The notes below the pieces were generated by a model. The model was not told the origin of the DNA. It ran no database searches and saw nothing but the letters and a program-made list of their open reading frames with translations. The translations under genes were made by a program, and so were the position numbers. Positions 38,334 to 47,009 of a DNA stretch of 47,009 nt are shown here, one piece after another. Within the stretch, counting starts at the first letter, position 1, and the number at the start of each line of letters is the position of its first letter. Origin of the DNA: a virus; IMG/VR virus record IMGVR_UViG_2554235482_000003, positions 1-47,009 of that record. One strand, given 5' to 3'.

Positions 38334-39334
38334 TCGTTGCCACCTCCGGTGACCGCGCCGGCTTCGCCGACCGTCTTCGTACTGCCCTCGGGTGCAGTTG
38401 TGACCGTCTCATCCGTCGTCGCGAAGTCGCCCTTCTGCTCGACCGTGCCGACCAGTTCGTCTGCGAGGTCGTCATCGGTCGCGAGCTTCTGAGCAACCGC
38501 GCCCGCCATCTCATCTAGGACTTCATCACTGGTGACGGCGTCAGCAACACGCTCGTTGATGCTGGCGTCGTCGAGCATCTGGTCGGGCTCGGGATCGCGG
38601 TCGTAGTCGTCGCCGTTCATATCCGGCTGGGCCGGTGCTGGCGCACTGGTGTTCGGGCTTCCGCTGCTGTCGCCGTGTCCTTCGACGGTGACGCCAGGGA
38701 CGTTCTCAGAGACCCATTCGGCGGCGGCCTCCTGGATATCCTTGCCGACGGAGTCGGCGTAGCTCTCGACGGTGTCGGCAGCATCGGAGCCACCGATCTC
38801 TTCGACGAGGTCGATCGGGTCCATTGCGTCGTCATCGCCGCCGTCTTGTTTCTGGTCGACGCCGCCGTCAGGCGTGGCGTCGGAGTCGGTACTGTCGGAG
38901 TTAGTTGGATCAGTCATATCAGTCGAAAGGGTGTCTGTCAGCGCGTTCTGGTCGACGCCGGCGACATCGCTGAACGCCTCAAGAAACGTCGATGGGTCCT
39001 GCTGCTCGGCGCTATCGGCGGCCGCCGAAAGCAGATCCAGGGCATCAGCCTCCTGTAGTGGCGTCCGATCCGCGACCGCGCCGGCCGCATCTCGCATCGC
39101 CTTCTGGTCGACATCGGAGCCTTCGACGGCGCCGAGTTTGGCGTCGACCGCATCGTCCAGATTGCGCATTCTCGTTACTACCGTCTCGGGGTCGACGTCA
39201 TCGCCCGTCTGCTGGTCGGCCGTCTGAAGGATCTCAAACGGAGAGGGATCCTCAGAAAGGTCGTCCAGCACAGTCTGGGCTTTCTGGTCGACCGTGTCAG
39301 TCGAGCCGAAAAACGCCATTGTGAACCTGGCCAT
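38330..39334 (-). CDS. Acidic scaffold-like protein
   Basis: Very acidic, low complexity, between protease and capsid; ATG 39334. Confidence 0.65.
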   Translation of the reverse strand: MARFTMAFFGSTDTVDQKAQTVLDDLSEDPSPFEILQTADQQTGDDVDPETVVTRMRNLDDAVDAKLGAVEGSDVDQKAMRDAAGAVADRTPLQEADALDLLSAAADSAEQQDPSTFLEAFSDVAGVDQNALTDTLSTDMTDPTNSDSTDSDATPDGGVDQKQDGGDDDAMDPIDLVEEIGGSDAADTVESYADSVGKDIQEAAAEWVSENVPGVTVEGHGDSSGSPNTSAPAPAQPDMNGDDYDRDPEPDQMLDDASINERVADAVTSDEVLDEMAGAVAQKLATDDDLADELVGTVEQKGDFATTDETVTTAPEGSTKTVGEAGAVTGGGNE

Positions 39335-39380
39335 GGTCCCTCTCGGACGGTGGCCGACCGTCCCGTCATCGGGGAGCTGT

Positions 39381-40130
39381 TCAGTCAGTCTGCAGCTTTG
39401 CGAGCACAGAGTCTGGGAGTGACTCGCCAGTGCCGTCGCCAGTACCGAGCTTCTGCTCAACCTGCCCGACCAGGCTTCGGCGCCGGCGCAGTCGCCGCTG
39501 GATCGCGGCCTCCAGATGCGCGCCGTACTTGAAGTCGACAACGTCGAAATCTGCCGCGGGGTTCATCACGAGCTCCTCGTCGCCGAGCGTCACCGCATGG
39601 AGGTCACAGTCGACGGTGACACGCGTCCCGTCGGGTTTCTGATGCTCTCGGTTGGAGTACACCGTCACTGAGTAGCCGCCATAGTCACCGGTCAGACAGC
39701 GCGCCCGAGCCTTCTTGCTCATCGTGGTCTCGTTGCCGAGATTCGCAACGAGGGTGAACTCACCACCGGTGACGGCAGTCTCGTACATCGTGCCGTTGTC
39801 GGTCACCCACTCCCACAGTGGGACGCCGATCGGGACGTCGTCATGCTTGTCGGAGATGATTCCCGGCTCGCGTTCGGATTCCATGTACCGGCCGAGCGCG
39901 TCCTCGACGGCTTCCATCTGGACCTGCTGCCCCGTCCGGTCGACGATCTCGACCGACGCCGGCCCCTCGATGATGAAGTTCTCAGCGTCGAAGATCGGCT
40001 CTTCCCACTCCTCGGGGACATCCTCACGAGTGAGTCGGCGGTCTTTGATCGGGCCGCTGGCGTCGACTGTGTCGCCGACGTTGGCGGTCGGCTGGCTACT
40101 GACTTGCTGGTTGAGTACTTGAATAGACAT
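39381..40130 (-). CDS. Prohead protease
   Basis: EGPASVEIVDR...SDKHDDVPIG...GYSV...HAVTL. Confidence 0.75.
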   Translation of the reverse strand: MSIQVLNQQVSSQPTANVGDTVDASGPIKDRRLTREDVPEEWEEPIFDAENFIIEGPASVEIVDRTGQQVQMEAVEDALGRYMESEREPGIISDKHDDVPIGVPLWEWVTDNGTMYETAVTGGEFTLVANLGNETTMSKKARARCLTGDYGGYSVTVYSNREHQKPDGTRVTVDCDLHAVTLGDEELVMNPAADFDVVDFKYGAHLEAAIQRRLRRRRSLVGQVEQKLGTGDGTGESLPDSVLAKLQTD

Positions 40131-40177
40131 CGTGAATCACGCCATGCAGAACGGGCACTGCTGGCCCTGTAGCTGGA

Positions 40178-41869
40178 TCATCTGTTGGGCGATGAGGGTG
40201 TGGTTGTAGTGTCGGTCGTTTGCTCGTTGCTGGCCGGTTCAGGAGGACATCCATCGGGAGGGGGTTCGGCCGCCGGGCTGTCCGGTGTCGCGGCGCCGGC
40301 TTCGGTTGGATCGATATCTTGATCCGGAATCTGGAGTTGGCCGTCCTCGACAGTTACACGCGTGCCGGTCTTGTGTGCCAGTTCGACACCCTGCAGGACT
40401 TCCAGCGGGGAGAGTGCCGAGTCCTCGCTCTTGGGATCAACGTAGGCCAATTCCCAGTCGCAGTGGCCGTCAACCATTGCAACGATCCGACAGAGCTTGT
40501 CCAGCGCCTTGTCCTTCGTATCCTGATGGGCAGCGGCGACCGCCGAGTTGGTTATCTCGACCTGTGTGCCCTCGGCGTTGAGTCCGCCGGCGTCCGACAA
40601 TTCGTTCTCGAAGGCATCCGTCAGCCCGAACATCGCCCGGATCTGGGACATGAGCCGCTCGACCATCGGCTCGCGGCCGTTCAGCCCCGACGACGCCGAG
40701 AGGTCCAGCAGTTCGATGTCGACGTCGTCCGGGTTACCCTCGTACATCAACCGGCCCTGCTCCCACGGGTTGTTGCTCTCCTCTTCCTTGAGGGAGGCCC
40801 GGAGGCTGGATCGGACATTCTTGCCGTACGCGACGAGGAATTTATCCGGCAGCTGCTGGTCGTTCTGTGGCGAGAGGTACTGCAGGTCGTAGTTGCGCGA
40901 CCACTGGAGAATCGCCTGTAGCTTGATTAGCGGCCGTATCGGAGACTGGCCGTCGAGGCCGTTGCGGATCGGGAAGTGTCGGGCCCAGTCGATGACCTCG
41001 TGAGTGAGGTACAGCGTCCGGATGTCCCGCGTCGACCCTGGCTTCGTCTCGACGTAGCCGACTTCGGCGAGTTGGGAGCCACAGTGCGGGCAGACCTCAG
41101 TCGGCCTGTCGGCGTCGCCCTCAAACGTGAGATCCTCAGCTTCCCAGTACTCTTCGCGATGGGCGGGACACGTCCACCAGCCACCGTGACGGTTGTGTTC
41201 ATCGAGGACCGGGAGGATCCGTGTCGGATCGGCGTGGACGAGCTCTTTCAGCGCTGTCGGCTCCCAGCACGTCATCGACTGGATCGGCCGACCGGCGACG
41301 GCGACGTCCTTGGTGACCTGCTGGTACTTGAGTCGGGCTAAAATCGTCGAGACGCCGCGATAGCTCTGGAAGTCCTCTTCGTACTTCAGCAGGCTGGCGA
41401 GGGATTGACCCTCGGCGTTGACTGACTCGACGAACGACGCCAGCCAGTGTTTTTGCTCGCGTGAGGGGCCCTCGAACTCCGTGTAGCCACAGACCGAGCA
41501 GGTGTCACGCTCCTCATCGAATTCGGTCCCGCACTCGAGACAGCGGTCGGTGAACGATGGCACCAGCACCGGGAACTGGTTCCGGTACATCTCGTCGCGG
41601 AACCGCTTGATCGTCGTCGCCAGCTCCGTTGAGTTGAGCGAGAAGCTCCGCAGGTCGATACTCCCGAACACGCCAGCGTGTGAGGCTGCCCGCGGGATCG
41701 GACCCGCCTCGCCGGCGTGATCGCCAGAGTGTGACTCATCGGTCTGGGGCGTCGATGCGATCTGGGCCGCAAGCGACTGGTCGATGTTGCCGTCGGGCCA
41801 GTCGATCGCGACCAACTCTCCGTCCTCGTCCTCGCCGAGCTTCGTCGTGCGTGGGGTGCTATCAGCCAT
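40178..41869 (-). CDS. Portal protein with Zn-ribbon inserts
   Basis: Follows terminase; GLDGQSPI; CLEC/CSVC and CPAH/CPHC. Confidence 0.8.
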   Translation of the reverse strand: MADSTPRTTKLGEDEDGELVAIDWPDGNIDQSLAAQIASTPQTDESHSGDHAGEAGPIPRAASHAGVFGSIDLRSFSLNSTELATTIKRFRDEMYRNQFPVLVPSFTDRCLECGTEFDEERDTCSVCGYTEFEGPSREQKHWLASFVESVNAEGQSLASLLKYEEDFQSYRGVSTILARLKYQQVTKDVAVAGRPIQSMTCWEPTALKELVHADPTRILPVLDEHNRHGGWWTCPAHREEYWEAEDLTFEGDADRPTEVCPHCGSQLAEVGYVETKPGSTRDIRTLYLTHEVIDWARHFPIRNGLDGQSPIRPLIKLQAILQWSRNYDLQYLSPQNDQQLPDKFLVAYGKNVRSSLRASLKEEESNNPWEQGRLMYEGNPDDVDIELLDLSASSGLNGREPMVERLMSQIRAMFGLTDAFENELSDAGGLNAEGTQVEITNSAVAAAHQDTKDKALDKLCRIVAMVDGHCDWELAYVDPKSEDSALSPLEVLQGVELAHKTGTRVTVEDGQLQIPDQDIDPTEAGAATPDSPAAEPPPDGCPPEPASNEQTTDTTTTPSSPNR

Positions 41870-41875
41870 GTGTAC

Positions 41876-43513
41876 TTACCAGTCGAGATGTTCGAACTCG
41901 TCGTCAGTGACGTGATCAACCGAGCCATCTGGGCCCCGAGACGCGATCTCGAGCGCGTCGAAGCGGTCATCGTGACTGGCGTCGGGGAACGGCAGCCACT
42001 CCTCGCGGATGAACGACTCCCAGCGCTCGTTCTCCTCGCTCGCGACCTTGACCTGACCCTGCTGGAAGCGATTGGCCAGTGCGTTGAGCCGCTGCTCCTT
42101 GTCGCCATCCGAAGCCGTCGGCGTTACGTGGATGTCGACGTTGTCAGCGACGACGTCGGCGATCTCGTTGCCGTCGAAGTTGGACTCAACTAGCAACTCG
42201 CCGACCGGGTAGTCCGCGAGGTGGACGTCGACGAACTCCGTCGCCGCCTCTTCCCACATGTAACCCCGGTCGCGCCAGACATCGACGGCGTACTCCTGAT
42301 CGAGATCGCGGTCGTACGCATAGACTGCCAGCGCCCAGTAGTCCGACTCACCGCGCTCGCTCGCCGCAAGGTTGTCAGGGTTCGCGAAGTCGAGGCCGGC
42401 GTACCACTCGTAGGCATCCCAGTCGTTGCGTGGGATCGGGTCGACGAAGCGCAGCCAGTCCAGATCCAGCACTCGCCCGACGGCAGCCTCGGGGTTCTGC
42501 TGGTTCTCCGCCTGCCACAGCCCCGTATCGCCGGCCTTCGAGACAACCTTCGTCAGGAGCGTCTCGGGCCGCTCGAAGTCGGGCCAGAGTGTCCGGAACT
42601 GCGTGTCATCAGCCGGCCGAATGCCATCGTCAATAATATCGACATCATCGGGAACGTCCCGAAGCGTGTCGTAGACGGCGCCGTCAGTCCCGTGAACGAC
42701 GTACTCCTCGTTCTCGATGACGTGCCAATCCGGCGTGGCTCGCCAGACACGGGCCGACCAGCCCGGTTGCGAGACACCACGGGCGATGTGGCCGTCCCAC
42801 TCGGGCGTGTTCGTCGCGAGGATCTGCTCGCGGTAGACGTCCTCGGGTGTCTTGCGCGTCCCGATGACGATGTTGACGCTCTTGTGTGGGAGGCAGGTCG
42901 CACCACGCTTGGCGGCGACGTTGTCGACGAACTCCTCGAAGTTCTCCGAAATCGTCTCACGGAGTGCCGTCGTCTGGTTGGTCAGCGTCGCGATGTCGTC
43001 GTAGATGATGACGTCGAAGTGTGATCCCGTATCCGAGGTCCGGATCGACAGCGGCTCCAGCGTCGGCTCGATGTTGGTCCGGCCGGCCTCGAGCTGGATC
43101 GTCGTCTTCGACTCGTCGTACACCGGGACATCGTAACGTTCGCACGCCTCCTCGATGGCCGCGACCGCCGTCTTCGCCCGCTTATTGGCGTGCTTTTTCT
43201 TGTGGGAGACTATCGCCATCCGGATATCCGGCCAGTTGACCGCCAGCCACGCCGGCACGACCTCGATCGTCGAGACGGTCTTCCCATAGTTGCGCGGCGC
43301 GAACAGCGCCTGGTTCTTCGGCGTCTCCGCATCCGTGACGGCGTCATGGACTGACTGGTACCAGTCCTGGAGATGCTTTGGCGGTGCGAGGATACCCTCA
43401 GTGCCAAGGTGGTCGATCGAGAAGGCCGGCAGCCACTGCTTCCGCGCCGCCGGGTCCGACAGGACCTCTGTCCATCTGTCAGTCGAACTGTTAGCGGTAG
43501 CACCGGTTGACAT
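41876..43513 (-). CDS. terL: Terminase large subunit
   Basis: APRNYGKT Walker A; VIIYDD Walker B; GLDFA and HDDRFDAL nuclease motifs. Confidence 0.92.
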   Translation of the reverse strand: MSTGATANSSTDRWTEVLSDPAARKQWLPAFSIDHLGTEGILAPPKHLQDWYQSVHDAVTDAETPKNQALFAPRNYGKTVSTIEVVPAWLAVNWPDIRMAIVSHKKKHANKRAKTAVAAIEEACERYDVPVYDESKTTIQLEAGRTNIEPTLEPLSIRTSDTGSHFDVIIYDDIATLTNQTTALRETISENFEEFVDNVAAKRGATCLPHKSVNIVIGTRKTPEDVYREQILATNTPEWDGHIARGVSQPGWSARVWRATPDWHVIENEEYVVHGTDGAVYDTLRDVPDDVDIIDDGIRPADDTQFRTLWPDFERPETLLTKVVSKAGDTGLWQAENQQNPEAAVGRVLDLDWLRFVDPIPRNDWDAYEWYAGLDFANPDNLAASERGESDYWALAVYAYDRDLDQEYAVDVWRDRGYMWEEAATEFVDVHLADYPVGELLVESNFDGNEIADVVADNVDIHVTPTASDGDKEQRLNALANRFQQGQVKVASEENERWESFIREEWLPFPDASHDDRFDALEIASRGPDGSVDHVTDDEFEHLDW

Positions 43514-44119
43514 TCACTGCACCTCCCGAATCTCGTGACGGCACCAGTCGTGGACGACGTGCGGACTGGACGGTGGATCCTCGACGAAGCGATGCTTGGC
43601 CGTCTGCATCAGGTCGACCAGCTCATGATACGGCGTGCCCTCGTCGGGGATCTGGGCCCGGATCCACTGACAGGCCGGATGGTCAGCGTCAGGCCCGCCC
43701 CAGCGGAAGCGCCGGCCGGCGAGCCGTTCCTGACGGTAGCCACGCATCCGGGCCTGCAGGACGAGCTGGTTCAGGTGCTGGCGGGCAGTCTTGAACGCCC
43801 AGCCCCGATTGATCTCGAACCGCTCAGCCATGTCCTCTGCGATGGTGTAGATGTCCCACGGCTCGTGCTCGACGTGGGTCAGCCAGAACGCCCGGTAGTC
43901 ATCTCCGGTGATCCGGTCGACGTCGTCTGGTGTTGCCGGTGGGTCAAGGGCGAATTCGCGACGGACGATTTCGGACAGGTTCTCCGTGACCAAGTCCGGC
44001 ATGTACTGCGACCGGGCGTAGTCCGGCGCCTTGTTCTCGTAGCGGCCGAACTCGGCTTTCTGGTCCGGCGACGCCGCCGACATCAGGCGTGCCAGGATGT
44101 GATAGCCGAGTGGATTCAT
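43514..44119 (-). CDS. Possible MuF/gp7-like minor head protein
   Basis: RRFRWGGPDADHPACQW...HDWCRH. Confidence 0.45.
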   Translation of the reverse strand: MNPLGYHILARLMSAASPDQKAEFGRYENKAPDYARSQYMPDLVTENLSEIVRREFALDPPATPDDVDRITGDDYRAFWLTHVEHEPWDIYTIAEDMAERFEINRGWAFKTARQHLNQLVLQARMRGYRQERLAGRRFRWGGPDADHPACQWIRAQIPDEGTPYHELVDLMQTAKHRFVEDPPSSPHVVHDWCRHEIREVQ

Positions 44120-44862
44120 GCTCGCAGGTCCTCCGCGAGGTCTTCGATGATCTCCTGCGTGTTCTCGTCGAGGCCGTGGTCGTGGTTGTGGTCGACCTCA
44201 CCGTCGACGGCGACGTCGATATCCGGCCCGAGCAGCCCCATGTCCTTGAGCCACTTCCGGTCTTCTTTCCGGAGGCGCTGCTGTGTCTTCACGACGACCG
44301 ATTCGGTGTACCGGTGCTCTTCACGAGCGTCGTGTTCGGTCGTCTTGATTCGCGTTTCCTTGTCAACGAACGCATTCCCAGACTCGAGGTCCTCAGGTTT
44401 GTCGACGGCCCAGTTGTCCGAGTGGATGATCTTGATCTGGTTGATGGCGATCTCCGAGAGACGGACCTTTTCGCCGGCGACCGGCTCGCCGTTGACCTCG
44501 CGGTACTTCTTGACGTATCCCTCGAAGATGTCGTCGCACAGATCTCGAAGACCGTCGTCGATGACCTGTTGATAAAACCGGTTGTGCTCTACGTACAGCG
44601 CATGAGTCACAGCGTTGGTGTTGCCTTCGGGAGCGCCATCGCCCTCGGCGTTGTTGTTGCCTTCAGGAGCACCAGCGTCGTCGGACCCGCCATGCGTTGA
44701 GCAACGACCGTCACTGCTGTTGGTCCCCCAGCCAGCCGTCCGGTTGCAGTAGCCGACGAATCGACTGTCATCGGTCCGTCGAGCGTTGCACTCGTCGTCT
44801 GGCTGGCGCTTCGGGACGTCGCCAATGGGCTGTCCAACGAGGTCGTCTTCAGTCTGGTCCAT
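44116..44862 (-). CDS. Terminase small subunit-like protein
   Basis: CNA...C...GRCSTHGG; GAPEGNNNA/GAPEGNTNAVTHALY. Confidence 0.65.
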   Translation of the reverse strand: MDQTEDDLVGQPIGDVPKRQPDDECNARRTDDSRFVGYCNRTAGWGTNSSDGRCSTHGGSDDAGAPEGNNNAEGDGAPEGNTNAVTHALYVEHNRFYQQVIDDGLRDLCDDIFEGYVKKYREVNGEPVAGEKVRLSEIAINQIKIIHSDNWAVDKPEDLESGNAFVDKETRIKTTEHDAREEHRYTESVVVKTQQRLRKEDRKWLKDMGLLGPDIDVAVDGEVDHNHDHGLDENTQEIIEDLAEDLRA

Positions 44863-44876
44863 GGGGTTGTTTGTTT

Positions 44877-45092
44877 CTAGTCCGCCAGACCCAGTGCTGT
44901 GAGGACGCGCTGGGCCCTGTTTGAGGGTGTGTAGCCGGTGATAAACGCACGTCGGCGGGCATCGTCCCACGGAACATCATCGCCGTCCGACGGCGTCGGA
45001 AGCGACAGGTCGACGACAGTGTCGCCCTCGGCCTTGTGCTCGCTGAGGCGCTCGTAGACGGCGTCAGAAACGGGAATGTTGGTACGACTCAC
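44877..45092 (-). CDS. Small RHH/VapB-like DNA-binding protein
   Basis: TNIPVSDAVYERLSEHKAEG. Confidence 0.55.
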   Translation of the reverse strand: MSRTNIPVSDAVYERLSEHKAEGDTVVDLSLPTPSDGDDVPWDDARRRAFITGYTPSNRAQRVLTALGLAD

Positions 45093-45379
45093 TGTTTGCG
45101 GGAGTTGAGACGCCGGCGGAAGAACCGGCCGACTCTGCGAAGGACTGGTTTGAGGTCGTCCGCGACAGCGTCGTCGTCATCCGCGTCGGCGACCTCGCGA
45201 GCAGCTTCGATGAGCTGTGCGTCGGCGTAGCGATACACGAGAATGAGCGAGCACATTACGATGATGGTGGTCCCACCGACAACGCGGTTCCCGAGCGTGA
45301 TCTGCTTGTATGCAAACGGTGCGAGTGCGATCAGGAGCCCGACGATAGCATCCCGGGCCTTGCGCTTGTGCTTAGTCAT
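45089..45379 (-). CDS. Small 2-TM membrane protein
   Basis: AIVGLLIALAPF, VVGGTTIIVMCSLILVY. Confidence 0.6.
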   Translation of the reverse strand: MTKHKRKARDAIVGLLIALAPFAYKQITLGNRVVGGTTIIVMCSLILVYRYADAQLIEAAREVADADDDDAVADDLKPVLRRVGRFFRRRLNSRKQ

Positions 45380-45602
45380 TGTCAAGACGGAGATCGTCCG
45401 GCGACGAGCCATTCAGTCGGTCCGCAACCTCGTCCTCGTCGATGTCGTCGTTCTCTTGGGCGAGGGCGATCACGGCGATGATGACCTCATCGACCTTGTC
45501 GGCGACGCGCTCAAGCCGGCCGTGATGTATCTCGTAAAAGAGATACAGGATCACCAGAACGGCTGCTGATGCATTTTCGACGAGAAATGAAAGTGAGACC
45601 AT
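45372..45602 (-). CDS. Small 1-TM membrane protein
   Basis: SAAVLVILYLFYEI followed by acidic helix. Confidence 0.6.
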   Translation of the reverse strand: MVSLSFLVENASAAVLVILYLFYEIHHGRLERVADKVDEVIIAVIALAQENDDIDEDEVADRLNGSSPDDLRLDND

Positions 45603-45635
45603 CACGCGCCTCCTATGCAACTGGAACTCATCGTA

Positions 45636-45689
45636 GGCCCGGACGGGGAGTCGAACCCCGCGCTTGTGGAAGCGCACCAGAACCGGGCA
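45636..45689 (-). ncRNA. D-armless tRNA-like element
   Basis: GCCCGG/CCGGGC acceptor-like stem; CGGGG-TTCGACT-CCCCG T-arm; GCGCT-TCCACA-AGCGC hairpin. Confidence 0.5.
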
Positions 45690-45763
45690 GGGCGGCCGAC
45701 GTATGCCGGACAAGCTTGAGTTGGAGAAGTGCCGGCCGGTTGACGAACGATGCATCCCCTCGT

Positions 45764-45973
45764 CTACTGCCGCGTGGCAGTCGCTGCGTCATCGGGGATG
45801 CCGGCGTCGTCCTCCGGGACACGGATGACGGTGCCATCGAGTTCGACGCGGAACACGCGCTGGATCTCGTGGACGTCGGCCTCGACCAGCTCGTCGACGA
45901 CGGACCCAGCACGGATGTCGCCCTGGAGCGTCTCGACTGCGACGCGGTCCGGCGTCGATTGGCGGACGCTCAT
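45764..45973 (-). CDS. Hypothetical protein (69 aa)
   Basis: ATGA overlap with upstream gene; acidic. Confidence 0.55.
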   Translation of the reverse strand: MSVRQSTPDRVAVETLQGDIRAGSVVDELVEADVHEIQRVFRVELDGTVIRVPEDDAGIPDDAATATRQ

Positions 45974-46488
45974 CGTTGGACTCCCAGCGCTGCGGCCGTC
46001 GCGAAAATCTGCTTGTCGTCGGCCGTGTAGTCGTCGAGCCCTTTGAGATGCTCGACGGCGGTGTAGATGCGACGCGTGTCGACGTGGTAGCCGGCCTCCT
46101 GAAGGCGGGCGGCGAGGGCTGGCACGCGGTCGATGGCCTCGCTCGTCGACAGCGTCTCTGACTGGGATAGGCCTCGGACCGAGCCACACTCGGCACAGGT
46201 GGTTTTGGACTCGGGCATGGGCGCACAGTTAGCGACCGACGCCGGCGGCTCGATGAGGTCCTCACCGAGTACGGCCGACTCGGTCCGCCAGGACATGGAG
46301 TCCTCGTTGCCCCAGTGGTCGCGCTCGGCGATGTCTGACCGCTTGAGTCGGGCGAAACACTCACTGCAGACGGCATGGTCGTGCCAGATCATCGTCTCGA
46401 ACCACCGCAACGCGTGGGCCCCAGACCGGGTCGGGTTGCGTGGAAGTGGCGCTGCCGTCGCTGTTGCTGTGTCAATTGATTGAGGCAT
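45970..46488 (-). CDS. Zn-finger protein
   Basis: CSEC and CAECG. Confidence 0.65.
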   Translation of the reverse strand: MPQSIDTATATAAPLPRNPTRSGAHALRWFETMIWHDHAVCSECFARLKRSDIAERDHWGNEDSMSWRTESAVLGEDLIEPPASVANCAPMPESKTTCAECGSVRGLSQSETLSTSEAIDRVPALAARLQEAGYHVDTRRIYTAVEHLKGLDDYTADDKQIFATAAALGVQR

Positions 46489-46491
46489 GGA

Positions 46492-46722
46492 TTAGAAGAG
46501 TCGCAGGACTAGTGGCTCGTCGCCGAGGGTCACCGCGGTAACTCGCCCCGACGCCGGTGTGAAATACGCTATCTTTGATACGATTCTCCAGCGATATAAA
46601 CGCAACTCTGTTGTCGTGAAACGGCCAGTGATGTCCTCCCGTGGGGCTGTACGCGACATCGCATCGAGGGCATCCACGACCGCGTCGTTCTGCCGACCCC
46701 ACGGTTCGAGGTCACCGGTCAT
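46492..46722 (-). CDS. Hypothetical protein (76 aa)
   Basis: ATGA coupling. Confidence 0.55.
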   Translation of the reverse strand: MTGDLEPWGRQNDAVVDALDAMSRTAPREDITGRFTTTELRLYRWRIVSKIAYFTPASGRVTAVTLGDEPLVLRLF

Positions 46723-47009
46723 ACAGACAGAGTGTACGGAGGGGTTGCCTCAGGATGCCCTGCTGGCAGGTATCCTCGCCGTGCAGGGTAGCCTGGTTGA
46801 TCGACATCGACGCCCCAGACCTTGACAAGGTGTCCGTCAGCGGTGAGTGTCAGCAGCCGGTCCCGCAGCGAGCCCGGTTGGAGCTCGCAGTGCATCGCGA
46901 CGTGTTTGGGACGGACTCCGCCGCCGAAGGCGAGACAGTCGTCATTGTCGAGTGCCATCTGGACGGCCTTGAGGATCGTCTCGTCGGACACACTCCAGAC
47001 GTGCGTCAT
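46719..47009 (-). CDS. Winged-helix-like protein
   Basis: VRPKHVAMHCELQPGSLRDRLLTLTADGHLVKV. Confidence 0.6.
   Translation of the reverse strand: MTHVWSVSDETILKAVQMALDNDDCLAFGGGVRPKHVAMHCELQPGSLRDRLLTLTADGHLVKVWGVDVDQPGYPARRGYLPAGHPEATPPYTLSV

Larger units (their letters stand above)
1..47009. mobile_element. Integrated haloarchaeal head-tail provirus (siphovirus-like) with a large accessory insert; ends not visible
   Basis: Integrase, repressor, terminase, portal, prohead protease, capsid, neck, tail tube and chaperone genes in canonical order. Confidence 0.9.

Noticed and set aside
1-47009. attL/attR repeats and cas genes
   Set aside because: None visible; window starts at the integrase ATG and ends at an ORF start

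Overview
A haloarchaeal (GC-rich, acidic proteome) integrated head-tail provirus. It runs from a tyrosine integrase and leftward early operon (1-5770) to a complete siphovirus-like packaging/head/tail module on the minus strand (24191-44862); no att site is visible and the element probably extends beyond the window. Between these lies an ~18 kb accessory block (5775-24133) with a type IIG restriction-modification enzyme, a Cdc6/Orc1 paralog, a P-loop protein, a second repressor switch with a wHTH-XPB helicase and membrane proteins. The block also holds an S8 protease with a separately encoded I9-like prodomain, a 24-repeat type I-B CRISPR array with leader but no cas genes, a ~350 nt hairpin-dense non-coding segment, and an intact TnpB. 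Top observation: the I9-like ORF ends in G_GGA_AAC_UGA, and a -1 slip fuses it in frame to the S8 protease. The same heptamer marks the classic tail-chaperone G/GT frameshift in this provirus. Second observation: a cas-less array, leader, structured RNA and TnpB lie together, and the TnpB lacks an obvious downstream guide scaffold. All calls are by eye from sequence motifs; no searches were run.
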